Virus record (IMG/VR): IMGVR_UViG_3300030060_005342 | Span: 1 to 45,414 of that record | Reading direction: 5' to 3' (one strand) | From: a virus | Lineage: Duplodnaviria > Caudoviricetes | Length of the DNA: 45,414 bases | Shown here: one piece after another, positions 1 to 7,662 of the stretch | Layout of the letters: every line of letters begins with the position of its first letter | Position numbering within the stretch: position 1 is the stretch's first letter | Made by a program: the position numbers and the translations under genes | Notes under the pieces: model-generated | Told to the model about the DNA's origin: nothing | The model's input: the letters and a program-made list of their open reading frames with translations, nothing else | Database searches by the model: none

Positions 1-193
1 CTTTAGGTATTACTAGCGTCATTTGGTCTTTATTTACTACGCTTATTTTATTCTGCAAGTCTTGGTTTTTTTCCATCATTGAATTAAGACGCATCTCAAA
101 CGCTTTCAAATCATCTTGAACTTGGTTTAATTCTGTATATTCTGTTGCTTCTTCTACTTTTTCTATTGTTGTATTTTTATTTATTTCTACCAT
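1..193 (-). CDS. 5' part (runs off the contig) of the acidic coiled-coil protein; allelic to 44412..45092
   Basis: Reads MVEINKNTTIEKVEEATEYTELNQVQDDLKAFEMRLNSMMEKNQ..., with a GGAG RBS upstream; matches the N-terminus of the 226-aa ORF. Confidence 0.85.
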   Translation of the reverse strand, partial: MVEINKNTTIEKVEEATEYTELNQVQDDLKAFEMRLNSMMEKNQDLQNKISVVNKDQMTLVIPK

Positions 194-575
194 TTTGTAT
201 TACTCCTTGTGTTTTTGTTTGTTTACTTGTTTTCCATTTCGTTTTGAAATGCTTCATACTCTTCTTTCATTTTTGCGTGTCTTATTTTATCTTTAGCTTT
301 GAATGAGTCTTCTAGCGAAACTTGTTGTGGGTTTTCTTCTTCGTAATTATTAATTAAGCTGTTTAATACTTTATTTTCTTTCTCTAATTCACCTAATTGA
401 ATACCATATTTTTCAGCACAATTTCTTAATCTGACTGCTTGCTTTTTTAACTCTTCATTGTCTTTCTCCAACACTTCAACCTCTTTTCTGAGCATTTTAA
501 CCCAACTTTCACGGGGATAATTTTTGTTGTCTAGTCTATCTTTATATATGTCTCTTTCCCTAGCTAGTTTATCAA
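1..575. repeat. Left copy of imperfect terminal direct repeat (allele A)
   Basis: 1-55 is identical to 44876-44930; similarity continues with SNPs and in-frame block differences to about 575. Confidence 0.95.
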
Positions 576-657
576 CTTTATTTATTGCAACTAAACACAC
601 TATTTGCTGAATTACTATAAATACTACTATTAATATTATTGATGTGATTAAATCCAT
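223..657 (-). CDS. Hypothetical membrane-anchored coiled-coil protein
   Basis: N-terminal hydrophobic helix (LITSIILIVVFIVIQQIVCLVAI) then E/K-rich heptads; AGGAG RBS; a second allele is at the right end. Confidence 0.8.
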   Translation of the reverse strand: MDLITSIILIVVFIVIQQIVCLVAINKVDKLARERDIYKDRLDNKNYPRESWVKMLRKEVEVLEKDNEELKKQAVRLRNCAEKYGIQLGELEKENKVLNSLINNYEEENPQQVSLEDSFKAKDKIRHAKMKEEYEAFQNEMENK

Positions 658-659
658 TT

Positions 660-817
660 TTATTTACTCCTATTATTATTGTTTACTTTACGCCTAACAA
701 TTAAATATAATACATATTATTAATAATACAATGATATTTTTTATTATTTTTATTATTGTTTATATCATTATTTATTTATAATATTGATTAGTTGACAATT
801 AACAATGTGAGGTATTT
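660..817. promoter_or_regulatory. Very AT-rich divergent control region with candidate sigma70-type promoters in both directions
   Basis: Lies between divergent genes; TTGTTT(756)...TATAAT(777) on +, TTGTAT-N16-TATATT on -. Matches are weak given the composition. Confidence 0.5.
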
Positions 818-1081
818 ATGAGAGTTGAAAACATGAAAAGTAGTAAAGGAAACGCTGTGCCTAATCAATTCATTATTATAGATAAAGGTAAAGAGTATTT
901 CCAAAGCTACAACTCAATCATAGCAGTAAAAGAAAAGGGGCAAGTGAAACTTGACTCTTATTATTGGGACTATTCAGCCACTACGGGAAAATATAGAAAT
1001 GATTTTCTTGGTGAAAGAATAGCCGACACAAGAAAGAAAATAAAAGATGGAACTTATAAATTAACTAATCTAAATAAATAG
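818..1081 (+). CDS. Conserved phage early hypothetical protein
   Basis: GAGG RBS; NQFII..FQSYNSIIA..WDYSxTTxKYRNxFL pattern familiar from phage early proteins. Confidence 0.8.
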   Translation: MRVENMKSSKGNAVPNQFIIIDKGKEYFQSYNSIIAVKEKGQVKLDSYYWDYSATTGKYRNDFLGERIADTRKKIKDGTYKLTNLNK

Positions 1082-1093
1082 GAGGATTTAAAG

Positions 1094-1125
1094 AGCCTTG
1101 AGGTTAACGCCTTGAGGCTTTTTTT
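1094..1125 (+). terminator. Rho-independent terminator
   Basis: AGCCTTGAGG-ttaacg-CCTTGAGGCT 10-bp stem (two G-U pairs) followed by a T tract. Confidence 0.8.
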
Positions 1126-1264
1126 ATTTTAATAATATGAAAAAAGTAAAAATAGAAAAAGAAATATTCGGAGAAAATGCAATCTTGATAGAAGCAATAT
1201 TAAATGGGTTAATTGTAAAAGTTAATAAAAAAAGAATGCTAGAAAGCGTAAGAGGTAAGAAAAA

Positions 1265-1456
1265 ATGAAAAAAGAAAAGATAAAAGAAACGTATAGAAAG
1301 AAAGGCGTTCCAATGTTTCAATCATTTGAGGATGCTGAGGAATACGGGCAACATTTTGATGCTGTATTAAATACTATACCTAAAAAGAAAAGATATGTCT
1401 TTGCTACATTTATGCTAAGACTACAACAAAGTATAAGAGAAGGGAGGGCGTTTTAA
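1265..1456 (+). CDS. Hypothetical early protein
   Basis: ORF with GAGG RBS in a tightly coupled + strand gene array. Confidence 0.65.
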   Translation: MKKEKIKETYRKKGVPMFQSFEDAEEYGQHFDAVLNTIPKKKRYVFATFMLRLQQSIREGRAF

Positions 1457-1644
1457 TGTTTGATAAAGATGAAGTAATAAATTGTAGTCAATGTGGAACT
1501 GAATTAAAAGAAGAAATTTGGGCGAATTATTATAGCTACGAATGGGACACTGAAAACATATTATGTGGTAATGGGGATTGTTGGGCAGAGTGGATGCAAA
1601 ACAACACATCATCACATCAAATAGAAAGAAACGAGGAGCAGTAA
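1456..1644 (+). CDS. Small putative Zn-binding protein
   Basis: CSQC...CGNGDC; TAATG coupling to the upstream gene. Confidence 0.7.
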   Translation: MFDKDEVINCSQCGTELKEEIWANYYSYEWDTENILCGNGDCWAEWMQNNTSSHQIERNEEQ

Positions 1645-1745
1645 TGAAATGCAAGAGTCAGCGATTGGTCACATTTGGGAATATATCGCATAAAACAAGT
1701 AGAGTTGATGGCTCTTGCAAAAACTTAAAAAGAAAAGGAGCAGTA

Positions 1746-2000
1746 ATGGAAAAGAAAATAGATATGCTAAAACTAGCTGATGACTTATCAAGAATAGATG
1801 ACCAAATCAGCAGAGAAATATTTGAAAAGAAAGAAGAAAAGAGAATGCAAAAAGAAATAGAGGACTTTGAAGAAGAAAGAGAAATTGAAAAGTATATGTG
1901 CTTTGTTAAAGCAACAGCAGAATATGTATTAAACCTTAAAGACAAAGAACTAAAAAATATTGCAATACAATCAATGAAATATTTAAGGGGGGAGAAATGA
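1746..2000 (+). CDS. Hypothetical early protein (start moved to MEKKID)
   Basis: AGGAG RBS before ATG 1746; ATGA overlap with the next gene. Confidence 0.65.
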   Translation: MEKKIDMLKLADDLSRIDDQISREIFEKKEEKRMQKEIEDFEEEREIEKYMCFVKATAEYVLNLKDKELKNIAIQSMKYLRGEK

Positions 2001-2353
2001 AGATAGGACAAATAAGAAAAGTGATTGATGTTTCAGCAGATGATATCAATGAGATATTAGTTGGAGCATTTGAGGGTGGTAGTAATTATTGGGCAAGAAA
2101 GGTAGAGGTAGTTGATGATGATTATAAAGGTGGTGAGTATGCATCAGATGTCATTGGATTGGGTGGTAAACTTATAATCCATACAATAGATGGCTTGGAG
2201 TTCATGCTAACACAAGCAATGATGCTTGATGGTATTCAAAGATATGTTGATGATGGTGGTAAACATTATCCATTTACTGATGGAAATCCTGATGCTTATA
2301 CATATGATACCATACTACAAAATGCATTATTTAAGGAGGTTGTATATGGATAA
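1997..2353 (+). CDS. Conserved phage hypothetical protein
   Basis: AFEGGSNYW...D.ILQ.ALF.EVVYG pattern typical of a widespread phage early family. Confidence 0.8.
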   Translation: MKIGQIRKVIDVSADDINEILVGAFEGGSNYWARKVEVVDDDYKGGEYASDVIGLGGKLIIHTIDGLEFMLTQAMMLDGIQRYVDDGGKHYPFTDGNPDAYTYDTILQNALFKEVVYG

Positions 2354-2525
2354 GAAAAAACATTGGTATTCAGTAGATAAAGATGCAAAGCTTGTTGAGT
2401 GGTTAGAGGAAAATTTCAGTTTACATGATGTTGATATGATTTTTAATACATTAGATGAGTTCAGAGACTTTGACACAAAGCAAGGTGAAATTACATTTTT
2501 AGATTTTATAAATAAAAACTATTAA
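2346..2525 (+). CDS. Hypothetical early protein (MDKKKHW...)
   Basis: GGAGG RBS, ATG at 2346 within the tracked 2226..2525 frame. Confidence 0.65.
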   Translation: MDKKKHWYSVDKDAKLVEWLEENFSLHDVDMIFNTLDEFRDFDTKQGEITFLDFINKNY

Positions 2526-2534
2526 GGAGGAAGA

Positions 2535-2672
2535 ATGAAGATAAGAAATAAATACCTTTGTGATGATTGCGAAGCAGAGATGAACGAGATAAATAAGTAT
2601 GGATTGCACGATTTGTGCGATAAGTGTGAAGAATTTTATCAAAAACCTTATGAAGAGGTTGTATATGGATAA
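2535..2672 (+). CDS. 45-aa CxxC-CxxC zinc-finger-like protein (not in ORF track)
   Basis: AAGGAGG RBS; MKIRNKYLCDDCEAEMNEINKYGLHDLCDKCEEFYQKPYEEVVYG. Confidence 0.7.
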   Translation: MKIRNKYLCDDCEAEMNEINKYGLHDLCDKCEEFYQKPYEEVVYG

Positions 2673-2805
2673 GAAGATTACAATACCAATAGGAGAGGAA
2701 GATATTAGATTGTTTCAAGAACTAATATATTATAACAGAGAGCCTTTTGAATGGAGGTTTGATGGTGTTGATATCAAATTTATAAAAGATGAGGAGGAAG
2801 AGTGA
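2665..2805 (+). CDS. Hypothetical early protein (MDKKITIP...)
   Basis: GAGG RBS and ATG at 2665, in the tracked 2599..2805 frame. Confidence 0.6.
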   Translation: MDKKITIPIGEEDIRLFQELIYYNREPFEWRFDGVDIKFIKDEEEE

Positions 2806-3044
2806 AGAAAGAAAACTTTACACCAATTATAACTAATGATGAAAAGGTAGCTAAAAAACACAATTTAAAGCAGTTTCACATTATTATATGGGAAGAAAAT
2901 AAATACTCAAAAACTTATTATGCAAAATCAAAAGAAGATATTGATGAATGTCTTGATGATGTTCTTGATGACTTTGAGTGTAATAGGTTTCATTTTAGAA
3001 AAGGAAATACAGAGATAACAGATATCATAGAGGAGGGAAAATGA
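2802..3044 (+). CDS. Hypothetical early protein
   Basis: GGAGG RBS, GTGA overlap. Confidence 0.65.
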   Translation: MKKENFTPIITNDEKVAKKHNLKQFHIIIWEENKYSKTYYAKSKEDIDECLDDVLDDFECNRFHFRKGNTEITDIIEEGK

Positions 3045-3238
3045 AGATAGCAAACTTAAAAGTTGATGAGAAAGGTAGGATACAGCTACCTAGCAGTTTT
3101 TTAACTGCAAACGGAATAACTAAAGGCACTAGAGGTTGGATTGAAAATATATACAACAACAACTATGCAGTTAGGATAACATTCCAAACAAGACAACAGA
3201 TTGATGATAATATTAAAAAAGGAAAGGAGCAAAAATGA
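3041..3238 (+). CDS. AbrB/MraZ/SpoVT-type swapped-hairpin DNA-binding protein
   Basis: KVDEKGRIQLP..F....GI..G matches the AbrB-family signature. Confidence 0.75.
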   Translation: MKIANLKVDEKGRIQLPSSFLTANGITKGTRGWIENIYNNNYAVRITFQTRQQIDDNIKKGKEQK

Positions 3239-3396
3239 GAGATTGGGAAAAATTATTTGAAATATTACAAGTATTAAATTCAGAGTCAGACAGATATGTA
3301 AAACCTTATCATACAATAGATGAAGAAGAATCTACTAAAAGGTGGGAAGATATTTGTTATTATATGGATACAATAAAACCAAAGGAGGAAAAATGA
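3235..3396 (+). CDS. 53-aa hypothetical protein (not in ORF track)
   Basis: AGGAG RBS; ATGA overlaps at both ends; MRDWEKLFEILQVLNSES... Confidence 0.6.
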   Translation: MRDWEKLFEILQVLNSESDRYVKPYHTIDEEESTKRWEDICYYMDTIKPKEEK

Positions 3397-3749
3397 AATA
3401 CAATAATGAAATAGTAGGCAATCAATATGAATTAAGAGAAATAATAATATTGAATTGGATTGAGCATTTCACATCAGATGAAGAAGAAAGAAAAGATATG
3501 CGAATGAATTTGCAATGCTACCTGCAACAAGAGATATGGGAAGAGCTTGAAGGAATGCAGTTGGTTGACACTAGAGAAACTGACTATAAGAAAAGACTTG
3601 CTATAATATTTGATAATATTGACAAGCTATCAGACTTAATACAATCAAGAGATTTTGATTCTTCAGAAGCAAATACTCTAATCACAAACATATTGGTCTG
3701 CACAGATACAGATGAGAAACGAGTTGAAAGAGAATGGAGGGTTAAATGA
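3393..3749 (+). CDS. Hypothetical early protein (start MKYNNE)
   Basis: AGGAGG RBS before ATG 3393. Confidence 0.7.
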   Translation: MKYNNEIVGNQYELREIIILNWIEHFTSDEEERKDMRMNLQCYLQQEIWEELEGMQLVDTRETDYKKRLAIIFDNIDKLSDLIQSRDFDSSEANTLITNILVCTDTDEKRVEREWRVK

Positions 3750-3958
3750 GTTTTAAAAAAGATGCATTGTTGCACAAGCTACAAGACGAAAACGAGCAGT
3801 TAAAATTCTTTAAAAAACAAACAAGAAGAATAAAAAAAGGAATATTGTATAGATTCATAGATTACTACACGATAGATGAACTTGAAAGACTAGATATGAA
3901 GTTAGTTGCAGACAAGTTTGTTGAAAGTGGGGAGGGCAACAATGATAACAATGATTAA
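3746..3958 (+). CDS. Hypothetical early protein
   Basis: GGAGG RBS, ATGA overlap. Confidence 0.65.
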   Translation: MSFKKDALLHKLQDENEQLKFFKKQTRRIKKGILYRFIDYYTIDELERLDMKLVADKFVESGEGNNDNND

Positions 3959-4028
3959 ATGGGTATTTATAATATTTCTAATATATGCAATATTTGAATC
4001 AATAATAAAAGATAAAAGGAGATAAAAA

Positions 4029-4214
4029 GTGGATTACAAAATATCACAAGCATTAACAGATTTAAAAAATTACTACGGATTAAAAGACTTTAAAGAGGTA
4101 AATCTTAATATGGTAGATACAGATAAGCCATTCATAAGATTTAAATCAGGTAACGACACTTGGATATTATCTTTAACCAAAGTAGTTGAGGAGGGTGAAA
4201 ATGGGGTCTTGTAA
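4029..4214 (+). CDS. Hypothetical early protein
   Basis: AGGAG RBS, GTG start. Confidence 0.6.
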   Translation: MDYKISQALTDLKNYYGLKDFKEVNLNMVDTDKPFIRFKSGNDTWILSLTKVVEEGENGVL

Positions 4215-4374
4215 GGATAGAGTAAAGAAAGAATTAGATGAAGCAAATGACTATATCAAATGGTTGGAGGCCTTTTCAGGGACGATTTATGAACTTGATA
4301 AAGACCTGTATGACAAAGCTTCAAAGGTTGCGTATGAATTAAGGAAAATAGCTAAAAAAAAGGAGAAAAAATAA
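4201..4374 (+). CDS. Hypothetical early protein
   Basis: GGAGG RBS before ATG 4201, in the tracked 4186..4374 frame. Confidence 0.6.
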   Translation: MGSCKDRVKKELDEANDYIKWLEAFSGTIYELDKDLYDKASKVAYELRKIAKKKEKK

Positions 4375-4538
4375 TGGGAAAGATAAAAAACTATTTACAT
4401 GATTGGCTAGAAGAATATGGATATGATTTGGGGTATGACATTGACAATGCCCCAGAATTGCCCGACCTTTGGTGGGTAGCTGATGGACACGTCAATCCAG
4501 AAACATATTGGAAATCCACAGCAAAAGATAAAAAATAA
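4374..4538 (+). CDS. 54-aa hypothetical protein (not in ORF track)
   Basis: AGGAG RBS, TAATG coupling; MGKIKNYLHDWLEEYGYDLGY... Confidence 0.65.
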   Translation: MGKIKNYLHDWLEEYGYDLGYDIDNAPELPDLWWVADGHVNPETYWKSTAKDKK

Positions 4539-4571
4539 AAGTAAAAATAATGTGAGAATTGATAATAATTG

Positions 4572-4600
4572 TTGCATATGTTATTTTAAATATTTATAAT
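4572..4600 (+). promoter_or_regulatory. Sigma70-type promoter for the replication/recombination module
   Basis: TTGCAT-N17-TATAAT in an intergenic gap upstream of an AAAGGAG RBS. Confidence 0.7.
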
Positions 4601-4625
4601 TGTTAACCTAAAAGGAGAAAGATTG

Positions 4626-4784
4626 ATGAATGATACAGATTACACTACATTTTTGATAAGAAACATACCGAGAAAGGAGTGGTCAAAAATAAAAATAGCT
4701 TGTTTAGAAGAATCAGTAGGCATCAACAATGCAATGCTAAAAATAATAAATAAAATTAGCAAAGGAGAGATAAGCGTTGGTTGA
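4626..4784 (+). CDS. 52-aa ribbon-helix-helix (Arc/MetJ-like) regulator (not in ORF track)
   Basis: TTFLIRNIPRKEWSKIKIACLEESVGINNAMLKII fits the RHH beta-helix-helix pattern; first gene after the promoter. Confidence 0.7.
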   Translation: MNDTDYTTFLIRNIPRKEWSKIKIACLEESVGINNAMLKIINKISKGEISVG

Positions 4785-5550
4785 TATAGAGAAAATATAT
4801 TCTGATTACATGGACTCAAAGCAAGAAGAAAACTATCAAGCAAGATACAAAGGCAAAGAAGGTTACTACCATGGTAGCTCTGCAGGCTTTTGTTCAAGAA
4901 AAATATACTACCAAAGCATAGAAAAAATAAAAGAAACGAATAAGCCGAAGCCTAAATCAAATCGAATCATGAGACTTGGAACAATAGTGCATGAAGATTT
5001 TGAAAAAGCCTTCTCTTTATATAATAATAATATATATAATAAATTAATATATAATAGAAATAGTAATACAAAAGAAAATAAAATAAAAGAAAAGGAAATC
5101 GAATTTATCATTGAAAAAGAAATAATAATCGAAGAGTTAAATGTTAGAGGTTTTTACGACTTAGTAGTTAAGGAAGGTGACAAGATTTACCTTTATGACA
5201 TAAAAACCATGGGTTCGTGGCCTTGGAAGACTAAAATAGCTCACAAAGGCACAGGCTCTGAGTCACATCACTTACAATTAGCTACTTACGGACTAGCAAT
5301 AAGAAAAGAATTTGGACGATTGGATGGAATGTTTTTGCTTTATTACAACAAAGATAATTCAGACATGAGACAAATAGAAGTTCCAATGGGGACTCTTGAA
5401 AGAGCAGAGAACTATTGGAAAAACGTAAATCAAGAACACAAAATGGGGTTGCCACAATTCAAACTAGGGTCATCACCTGTAGAACAATGGAACTGCAGTT
5501 ATTGTCCTTACTATGACCATTGTCAACCACCGTACATGAAAAGAAAATGA
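4777..5550 (+). CDS. Cas4/AddB-like PD-(D/E)xK exonuclease with a four-Cys Fe-S cluster motif
   Basis: C(SRK), GTIVHE, RGFYD, YDIKT, QLATY and C-terminal CSYCPYYDHC. Confidence 0.88.
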   Translation: MVDIEKIYSDYMDSKQEENYQARYKGKEGYYHGSSAGFCSRKIYYQSIEKIKETNKPKPKSNRIMRLGTIVHEDFEKAFSLYNNNIYNKLIYNRNSNTKENKIKEKEIEFIIEKEIIIEELNVRGFYDLVVKEGDKIYLYDIKTMGSWPWKTKIAHKGTGSESHHLQLATYGLAIRKEFGRLDGMFLLYYNKDNSDMRQIEVPMGTLERAENYWKNVNQEHKMGLPQFKLGSSPVEQWNCSYCPYYDHCQPPYMKRK

Positions 5551-5765
5551 AAATCGTTCCTAGCAATACATATTTTTGGGACACTGGAAGTGAAAAGCTT
5601 GATGTTACTCAAATGAGAACAACTCACTTGATAAACGCAGTTGTTCTTACAAACAGAATGATGGAAAATAGTGGTCATGAACCGCCAGAATGTTATGATG
5701 CAATGTATGTTGAGCTAAATTACAGAGGTGTTGATACTGATGCTGAGATTGATTTTGATAAATAA
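5547..5765 (+). CDS. Hypothetical protein
   Basis: ATGA overlap with the exonuclease gene. Confidence 0.6.
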   Translation: MKIVPSNTYFWDTGSEKLDVTQMRTTHLINAVVLTNRMMENSGHEPPECYDAMYVELNYRGVDTDAEIDFDK

Positions 5766-5785
5766 AAAACAAAGAGGAAATAAAG

Positions 5786-6373
5786 ATGAAAAATAAAAAA
5801 GAACAAAGTGCTTTTGACATCTTGAATAAAATAGATGTTAATAAGCTAAAAAAGAAAAAAGGCAGGTTCGACTATCTTAGTTGGGCTTGGGCAGTCACTG
5901 AACTGCTAAAAGCAAGACCTGATGCCACATGGCATGTTCATGAGTATGAGGTAGAGGGTAGAATAAGGCCATACATGGTCACTGAAGCAGGTTTTTTTGT
6001 TAAGGTAAGTGTTACTGTGGACAACATAACAAGATGCCAAATACACCCTGTTTTAGACAATAGGAATATGACTATAAAAGACCCTAATGCACAGCAAATC
6101 AATACAAGCATACAAAGATGTTTGGCTAAAGCAATTGCATTGCATGGTCTTGGATTATACATATTTGCAGGTGAAGATTTGCCAGAATCAGACCCATTGT
6201 CTGATGAACAACAGAAAGAGTTGCTTGCTGAGGCTGAAGGCATGGATGCAAGCTACATTAAGACAATAAAAGAGCATATAGCTGACGGTAAAGTTAATGC
6301 TAAGAATGTTGGGCAATACATAGTAAGAATAAAGCAAATGAAAAGTGAAATAAAAAAGAAAGGAGACAAGTAG
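5786..6373 (+). CDS. Sak/Rad52-like single-strand annealing protein (DUF1071 type)
   Basis: YLSWAWA...INTSIQRCLAKAIALHGLGLYIFAGEDLP signature. Confidence 0.9.
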   Translation: MKNKKEQSAFDILNKIDVNKLKKKKGRFDYLSWAWAVTELLKARPDATWHVHEYEVEGRIRPYMVTEAGFFVKVSVTVDNITRCQIHPVLDNRNMTIKDPNAQQINTSIQRCLAKAIALHGLGLYIFAGEDLPESDPLSDEQQKELLAEAEGMDASYIKTIKEHIADGKVNAKNVGQYIVRIKQMKSEIKKKGDK

Positions 6374-6374
6374 T

Positions 6375-7007
6375 ATGAGTGATATAAATGAAATGTTTGA
6401 TAGTGCAATTAACGAGGTTAGCTTGTATAGGCCAGATTCAGACAAAAAAGAAGGTAATGATGTGTGGATTCCATTCAACAAAGGTGACTATTATGGACAC
6501 ATAGTCAATGTTGATAGTAGGATTGTAGATGTTCAGGGTCAATATAGAGCCAGAGTTTACAATTATGCTATAAAAGTTGCCCCAAAGAACGAGCATTTAA
6601 ACTATGCTTGGCAAAATGACAATGGCGATATGAAAGAAACAAGCGGTAAAGAATACGTTGGCAGAACAATATGGGCTAAGGGCGTGTTTAGGTTTCTTGA
6701 GCCAGGTGACAAAGATACCTTTGAGTCTAATGCAGAAGGCAATAAATCATACTTCTATTTTTGTCAAGCCATTGGTCTTAATTGCAAAGACGTAACAAAA
6801 ACCATTGATGGTGAAGAGGTTACCTTTAAAGAGTTGCCTAATTTAACAACTCAACACATGGAAGGTCAACCTGTTATTGCTGTATGCGATTACGGTAAAG
6901 CCTATACCAATAAGGATGGGAAAGAGGTTACGCCTTTTCAGGTTAAATGGGTAAAAGAATGGCCAAAAGGGAGGATACTAGAGAATGACGAATCCATTCC
7001 GTTCTGA
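6375..7007 (+). CDS. Putative single-stranded DNA-binding protein
   Basis: Follows the annealase; beta-rich; acidic C-terminal tail ending in ESIPF, like SSB tails. Confidence 0.65.
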   Translation: MSDINEMFDSAINEVSLYRPDSDKKEGNDVWIPFNKGDYYGHIVNVDSRIVDVQGQYRARVYNYAIKVAPKNEHLNYAWQNDNGDMKETSGKEYVGRTIWAKGVFRFLEPGDKDTFESNAEGNKSYFYFCQAIGLNCKDVTKTIDGEEVTFKELPNLTTQHMEGQPVIAVCDYGKAYTNKDGKEVTPFQVKWVKEWPKGRILENDESIPF

Positions 7008-7137
7008 TAAAAGAAGAATACATACTTGGAAAAGAGTGCTAGTGCTACTTCTTAAAGACTTTGGGGTTAAAGGGACCTCTATCTCTAAGATAACTGGCGT
7101 TCCTGTGTCAACAGTATACAGGTATTTAAGTAAGTAA
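6985..7137 (+). CDS. 50-aa helix-turn-helix protein (not in ORF track)
   Basis: GTSISKITGVPVSTVYRYL is a Hin/resolvase-type HTH; GGAGG upstream. Confidence 0.7.
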   Translation: MTNPFRSDKRRIHTWKRVLVLLLKDFGVKGTSISKITGVPVSTVYRYLSK

Positions 7138-7144
7138 AGACCAC

Positions 7145-7194
7145 GGGCAAGGTTCCCTTTCTACCAGCTGATACTTCAATCAGTATCCTTGCCC
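7145..7194 (+). other. Intergenic stem-loop (possible terminator/attenuator or processing site)
   Basis: GGGCAAGG (7145-7152) pairs with CCTTGCCC (7187-7194), with an inner hairpin. Confidence 0.5.
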
Positions 7195-7250
7195 AAAGTT
7201 TTAAAAAAATTGTAGTAATTAATATTTTAAGGGGTTAAATTTTGTTTGAT

Positions 7251-7388
7251 ATGGATAAGCCTAGGGTATACAAGGAGCTTCATTTTGTTTTCATCGTTAA
7301 TGGTGAGAAGTTTTTTACGAAGCAAGAGGCTGAAAATTATATTAAAAAATTAGAAAAGGAAAACAATAATGTTAGATACTTTGATTAA
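7251..7388 (+). CDS. 45-aa hypothetical protein (not in ORF track)
   Basis: MDKPRVYKELHFVFIVNGEKFFTKQEAENYIKKLEKE...; fills an otherwise empty gap. Confidence 0.5.
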   Translation: MDKPRVYKELHFVFIVNGEKFFTKQEAENYIKKLEKENNNVRYFD

Positions 7389-7662
7389 AAAATTAGCAAT
7401 TATACTTGTTCTTTGTGGAGGCATAGCCTGTATACTTTATTTTACAGACCTAGGAAGCCTTTTTAATGGAGCAGTTGAGGAGAAGGTTGAAAAGTTTAAA
7501 GATGAAACTAAAGCTAAAGTTGAGGAAAAAAAGAAAGAAATAAAAGAAGAGGTAAGCAAAGTAGAAAATAAAATTGAGAACAATATTGAAGAAATTGAGG
7601 ATAAGATAGAAAATGAAAAGGATAAAATAGAAAATGAAATCAGAGAAAAACTTAGATTCTAA
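7369..7662 (+). CDS. Membrane-anchored E/K-rich coiled-coil protein
   Basis: N-terminal TM helix, then repeated KIEN units. Confidence 0.7.
   Translation: MLDTLIKKLAIILVLCGGIACILYFTDLGSLFNGAVEEKVEKFKDETKAKVEEKKKEIKEEVSKVENKIENNIEEIEDKIENEKDKIENEIREKLRF

Larger units (their letters stand above)
2336..2675 (+). repeat. 21-bp exact direct repeat at gene junctions (2336-2356, 2655-2675)
   Basis: GAGGTTGTATATGGATAAGAA occurs twice. Confidence 0.9.

Noticed and set aside
1-575. Genuine T7-like direct terminal repeats
   Set aside because: True DTRs are identical copies; these differ substantially, cut through genes and start with a 55-nt identity suggestive of an assembly overlap.
4777-5550. CRISPR-Cas system implied by the Cas4-like gene
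   Set aside because: No repeat-spacer array or other cas genes were seen; the context (Sak, SSB) indicates a phage recombination exonuclease.
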